In this document: positions 58,128-64,000 of the stretch, in pieces
Layout: every line of letters begins with the position of its first letter
Numbering within the stretch: the first letter of the stretch is position 1
Program-made: the position numbers and the translations under genes
The notes under the pieces: model-generated
The model's database searches: none
Seen by the model: the letters and a program-made list of their open reading frames with translations, nothing else
Told to the model about the DNA's origin: nothing
Source of the DNA: Rhodosorus marinus CCMP1338
Taxonomy: Eukaryota; Plantae; Rhodophyta
Direction of reading: 5' to 3'
Assembly (NCBI GenBank): GCA_029953675.1
Contig: JAMWBK010000003.1
Location: forward strand, 2,604,001 to 2,668,000
Length of the DNA stretch: 64,000 bases

Positions 58128-58751
58128 ATGGCTTCTATTTGTATCGGAGGACCCAGAGTCTGTCGTGGGAAGCGAAGACACGCGGAGATCGCAAGCATTG
58201 GTACGTCTACTGGGATACCAGGAGTATTTATGAAATATCGGACGGACCTTTGCCCCTTTACACTCCGCCGCAAACGGTAATGTGACTCTCTTTGTGTCCG
58301 TTTCCAACCGTAATAGCAAGTGTCCAGTCGATGACCGCAGCGACGGGCTTTGGGTCTATGGTTGGATTTTGCTGTGGAATGTTCGCGAAGCGGGCCGGCA
58401 GTGCCGCGGCTATCACGCTTGGAGGTATTGTGACGCTCTTTCAGGTGACTAGCACAGGCCGTAATCACGATAACTAGGGGAAAACCGTGCCCTGCTCCGC
58501 ATTGAGACATAGCTAAGACTGAGGACCACTTTTTATTCCAATAGCTGGCTGCCTGGGGTGGCTATATAAAAGTGAACTGGGACAAGATCTCCGCCGACAC
58601 AGTACGGACCTTCGATTTTGACAAGAGCGGGAAGCTCGACCACGGGGATGTGAGCTTCGCATTGAAAGAGACGGTTACGGTTCTCTCGAGCAATATGGGC
58701 GTATCCGGAGCAGGTTTTGCGGCGGGGTTCGCTTTGGGGTTGAGAAAGTAG
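58128..58751 (+). CDS. FUN14-family mitochondrial outer-membrane protein, 3 exons (first exon uncertain)
   Basis: GFGSMVGFCCGMFAKRAG, FQ|LAAWGGYIKVNWDKI, GAGFAAGFALG. Confidence 0.8.
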
Positions 58752-59124
58752 ACGGTGTCGATTATTTCTTCCTATTTCTTGTGGTCATGTCCGGACCATT
58801 CGCCGGTGAGCTGAACTGATCGGACTCCGATCACCATGGCCTCGCTCAAAGAAGAACTGCAGCTAGCCTCCAGAGAAAGCCGTCGTCGTGGACAAAAGGA
58901 ACCAAGGAAGTTTTGAAAAAAAAATCACACCTTTATCACTATATTCTCCGAGAGCAAATAGAATCTTGCTTCTGACCAGGACTAGTTGGTGTCTTTACAA
59001 TCTATGTGCATGGGACGGCTCCTGGGGATAGTTCCCACAGGATGATAACCTTTCTTCTTACTTATTGCCACCCCTTCTTCTAGTAGCACTCACACATATT
59101 CACGCGTTAGCCACGCTTGCTTTC

Positions 59125-62100
59125 TCATTGGTATCTTCCAGCATTCGCGCAGTAACCAGCTTCATAAATTCCCCGAAGGCGGACGTTTTCACCATAGCGC
59201 ACCAATCTTTCCCTTCCATACCCTGAGCATTGCGATCGCGGGAAAGTTCGGCGATCACCGGACGCCAAGCTCTTGCTGGAATCGCACTCCGAGCGTCCTG
59301 GTGACCTGCTACCTCTGAAAGACCGAAATGGATGGTGAAGTGTCAGTCCCAAGTTCAAAGCTGCGAACCCAGACAATTGAGGACCCGCTAATTGCCGTAA
59401 CGTACCTGCGGCTCTTCCGAAGTCGAGGATGATGATGTAGTTCCCTGGCCGAATATCAACGTCCAACTCGAACTGACGTCCTTTGGTAGGTCCTTCTCCC
59501 AGGAACCGGAGCCTTACTTGGACGACAGATATCCAGTTTACCTGGCCACTGAATCGTGAAAGCAGAATCCTCTCAACAACTGCACCAACAGCACACGAGC
59601 GTTCTAACACTCCGGCAAGTGCGATCCCAACCTGTGGCTCCAGCAAAACAGGGTATAGGACAAGCATGCGAATCAGTGAGAGGAAAGCGCAAAAAATTCG
59701 TCCCCTGAGAAAACCCAACCGATATAAGGAACTCAAGCTTTATGTGGAAATCATCAACTCACGTCCTCCCTCGCAGCATCCATGAGCTCCTCGGCGAGCT
59801 TAGCGAGCGGGGTCATCGCTGGAGTTTTGATGGGCTTCTGCGAAGTAGACGATATACCGACTCGAAAACCAAAGCGCCCGTAGGAAGCAATGTCCAACGT
59901 GAATTGATGAGAGAACAATGATAGAGTCGGGTTCTGATTTGGAGTTTGCCCCGGAGTCTGGGAGCCAGCAACGACCGTGGCTGAAGAGTTCGCATTCGTC
60001 GCGGGCATTCCATTGGAAAGTTGCGGGACCTGTGACGAAGAACCTGCCCGCTTCTGCGTCTGTTGTGCACTTCGCCGGGTCGCATTGATGTGGACCGGAT
60101 CGAGAATACCGAAAATCAGCTTCCGCGGAGTCCTTAGCATCATTTGATAAGTGCTTGTTTTCCGCGGCAGCCTAAGCCCAAACGTTGCCATGGTTCGGGC
60201 GCATTTCAGTTCCCTGAAGCAGAGCAGTTACGTTTTCAATCAGCACGTCAGTTGGCAACCGAGGTGGAAAACAGCTTCAGTCCGGAAGCGTAAAAATCAA
60301 CGATAAACTATCAACAGAAGATGAGGGACTGGTATTACCGTAAGAACGTCCGAACCGCTTCAGTAGTGACCACAGGATACGAGAACGTGAGGGTTCCATT
60401 GTTGTATGTTACAAATCTTGTAGGTCCCCATCTCCGAGTTGAGTAGGCTTGTCGGTCAAAAATGACTTGCGAAGTCGTTAACTTCACCTGATTATTAGAA
60501 ACCTAGCGTGAGATCTCCGCACCCTCTATCTGCCTTGTCCATTGCTCCTTACCTGCCACGACTCATCTGCGTTCAGAATTAGATATGAATTAACGACACA
60601 CAGGCCGCTTGTTGGAAGCCCTATGCCAGCATAGCGGCCTATCTTGTCAGCAACTGGAGTCCACTCAGGCCTAGAAGCAAAAACAAATCCCAGTGAGAAA
60701 CTCAAACTGCTCCTCCGCCGAAACAATCCAATTCCCCCACACAACATACGCGTTCTCGTCGAGAAGCCTTTCGACGCGAAAAAGCCTCCTCAGTTCGCGA
60801 GCAAGAAAGTGGCAACGAATTCTTTCGATCCACAGGATTGCTGTATGGACGTTCTTCACCGATGTCGCCCGAGATCCAATGAAAGTTATCAATCCCCTTC
60901 TCTCTGTATCTGTGATATTAGAAGAGGTTGATCTGTGCCTTAACGACGCGAAAGAGCGAGGATGGACGCTCTCTATTGGGACGTATGGGCCTTCGACTCT
61001 CAACGGTCTCGACACGCCGGCGGGGGGCACGACGGAGGCGCCTATGCTCGCTGACCGGAAAATACGAGCCTTCGAAAGCACCCTAAGAGCGTCAACCGCA
61101 CGGTCAACCACTTTTTTAATTTCAGCTGCCTCCTCTTCATCGTTTTTGAAAACTGCCGAGGTCGATAGTAGCTTTAAATCCTCAACCTACGACGTTCGTG
61201 AGACAATGTTCAAACGGGCCGAGTTAAAACCTAATTAATCATTATCAACTCTTCGTCAAAGGCACGAGCGAACTGGTTTCTACTGCGTCATTCCTACCTC
61301 GTGGTTTGCTTCTTCCATCACCAACGCCACATGACCAAAATAACGTGAACTAATAGAGCCCTTCAAGGCATCCATTCTCAATTCGATCCCCCCGTGCATT
61401 CCATCAGCGCTGATGGTCACCGAAACATAAGGAGATCGGTTCAATCGCACACGCACTTGACGCTTGTTGTCCAGCAGCTGTAAGCGGAAAGGGAAAGAGC
61501 CAGTGAATGAGCAAATGAATCGTATAGGGACGAACACGATAGAGCTTAAGCAAAGTCATAGAAAATGTGATGGAATTCTAGTACCGCATCCTGAATGGTT
61601 GAAAGGCGAGCAAGCTCTCTCGAGCGCAGCGTGTGGTTCAGCAACCTGCAACAGAAGAGTACGGAAACGAAGAAGTTGGAGGCTCAATTCCCCCCCCCCC
61701 TCCCAGCTGCGCTTGACGTGCTTCTCACCTTTCTAAGTTAATTGAATTCATCATCAGGGGGCCAACTGAATCGTTGATTGTCTTGCTCAGGGGTGGTTCG
61801 TGAACAACGGAAATGAACCTGGACGGTAACCTATGCCGCTCGAAAACTTCGTCGATGCTGGTCTCTCCATCCCCCTCAGCTGATTTGATGACAACATGTG
61901 AGCTTCTCCTATGGTGTCGCCAGTAACTTACAACGATAGGCTCGCCCTTTTTCAGAACATCCATCTGCGCGTACCGACAAGTCGAGATGAGGAGAGCCTG
62001 GCTGAGACGCGCTAAGGTACGTATTTATCCGCTACTGCCGAAGATTGTGACGCGTCCTACCTTGAAAATATTACTTAGCGGTCCCTTGGTCATTTCCGCT

Positions 62101-63263
62101 GCTTGGTGATAAAGGTGCTCCATGGCAAGTGGCGCACAAACTTCTGGACCAATGAACTCACGGATTGCCTCAACCATCTTGGTGCAGCGTTTCGCAACTA
62201 CCAAGTCCCTCTCTAGTGGATCAGAATTCGTTCCAGGAGCGTCCATATCTGAGATCGCCCCTCGAACCCTCTCGTTGCATACGTTTACCAGAACGCTTTT
62301 CTGCTTTTCTGTCATGCTGAAGCGAGCTTTTGAACCAGCGTGCGTTGCCTCAGCGGAAGCGTCAACGTCCGAGCTCACCATAACCTACAAATTGCAATAG
62401 TCGAATTTCAGGCTACAGAACTCGCCACTTATGAATTGGCGTGGATCTCTCCAGCGAAGCTCCCTACCTGCACAGCGTACACTCGCAGCAACGCGACCGT
62501 CGTGTCGAGTTGGTCGAAGCTTATGTCCGCGCTCCAAGCCCCTGGAACGCCAATTCTCGAAGCAAATTCTGGCTTCTCTACACGCCACTCCAACACTCTC
62601 ACATTTCCCGGCAAAGGTAGGCAGAACCTTAGCGCATGTCTCGTCAGCTGCCCAAGGCTTCTCTTCGCTCCGGACTCTCCTGATCGCGTGGAAAACAGAA
62701 AACCTCAGTTCAAGTATACGGTGGACGCAGAAGAGCTGCAATCCCAGCATATAGAAGATCAAAGAGTTCATCCGCTGTGCTAGGTTTTGAGACATATGCA
62801 TACCTCCAGACAAAGGTTCGGGAATATTAATAGACCGAGAAATAGCTTTCGGCATGCAATCCAATTCACCAGAGACGAGAATTTCCGTTGCGCCTCCGAC
62901 CAACTTCGCTCCGCTTTCGGCCCCGACAGATGTGTTTCGTACGAAGAACAAGGTATCGGCTGCACCCGAATACGATTGCGCTCTCTGGTTTGCTAAAAAC
63001 ACAACCGCGTTTGACTGCTCCATTTTCAGAGCGTAATCCATCGCCCATCTTACCGAAACGAGGATCCTCAGCACTCTATGTCGCGTCCGTTGAGCATAGT
63101 CTAGCACCAGCTCTTTTCTCTCCGTACTAGACTTCTCCGGAAGAGAGTCAATTAGCTGGTGCAGCTCTCGATAAGCGTTCTGACATGAATCGTGTACCAG
63201 AGAACCTAGCTGAACGGGAGGTCGACCCACCCCAGAAGGATCTGGCGGCAGATTCGCCGCCAT
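59125..63263 (-). CDS. MED14: Mediator subunit 14, multi-exon; 3' boundary approximate
   Basis: The N-terminus AYRELHQLIDSLP...KELVLDYAQRTRHRVLRILVSVRWA matches MED14. A chain of minus-strand ORF segments continues to about 59.1 kb. Confidence 0.75.
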
Positions 63264-64000
63264 ATCTCTTTCAACACAATCCGAAGACAATCAGTCCTCA
63301 AGTTGTGGCAAATCTTAACCTCACTCGGAGACAACACCGAACCCAAGGAAGCCCTCTATACAGCAACAGAAAACCCCACATATATAGAATAAAATAGCTG
63401 TCATAAATATGTACAAAACAGTTCCGGCAACACACGCCAGTTGACGAAGACCTCAAAAATCACAAAAGCAAACACCACCAACTACAAAAGGAATCACACC
63501 GGCGTCCCACCAGAAAAACCTCCTCGATGGAGCGAATACAAAAGTAAACTCACTCCATTATCGATCAAGCGGGTGGCATGCATTGTTTATATTTCCATCT
63601 GCATTCTCAAAATTCTCCACCCTCAATATCCTCCACCTTCTCCGACCTCCCTCTACATGTGCGAGCTAAGAACTATCCCATCCACCCCTTTCTTTCCCTT
63701 GTGAAGCGAAAGTCGCGGTTCACCTTAAAAAAAACACGAAAAGAATCTGACTTAATTAAGAATTATCTAGAAATTCAACGTCGCATTGTTTCCTTAAATT
63801 TATATTTTGTATGTTTGCATCATAGTTTAGATCTGTTCGTTACAGATTCAGGAAGTTTAGGATAAGAGGAGCCGTAAGCTTTGTACGTCTTGAAAAGGGG
63901 AAGCGCAATGATCGGAACGGGTTTGGACAGGGAGAATCTCGTGGCACATTCGCTGCTGTCTTTGATGTCTGGCCCGCAGATTTACATCGGATATAAGTTT

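Overview
Eukaryotic nuclear DNA, most likely a red alga. This is inferred from short GT-AG introns of about 70-200 nt, MAF(V)/MGFV-type plastid transit peptides on several nuclear genes, and the gene set. I recognise about 24 protein-coding genes: an AGC kinase, an S41 C-terminal protease, a TKL kinase, two P/U-type cyclins, DXR, an alpha/beta hydrolase, a FAD2-type desaturase, Ap4A phosphorylase, a C11orf54/DUF1907 homolog, a parvulin-rhodanese fusion, DUF4604, a DCC1-like protein, an FKBP-like/Cys-rich fusion, TTI1, RPN8, thioredoxin f, B12D/NDUFA4, RPS17, TAF13, MUB/UBL3, FUN14 and MED14. The most striking structure is a 6-kb composite retroelement locus at 5.4-11.5 kb. Two Ty1/copia pieces face each other as a long inverted repeat (227 bp of LTR plus about 288 bp of protease, about 95% identical). 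Both protease copies break at the same motif, GGCTATGTAACC. They enclose an antisense CRE-clade non-LTR retrotransposon and a 206-bp MITE with perfect 35-bp TIRs. The junctions create a 554-codon LTR-initiated chimeric ORF (protease-MITE-RT). Other notable items: half-tRNA-iMet priming, a 55-bp palindrome, a ~168-bp satellite, convergent genes with overlapping stop codons, genes whose introns are all 3n and stop-free, a CCAAT-box cluster, and a consistent G-rich sense-strand skew upstream of genes. I found no rRNA, tRNA or CRISPR. All homology calls come from recalled motifs, not database searches.
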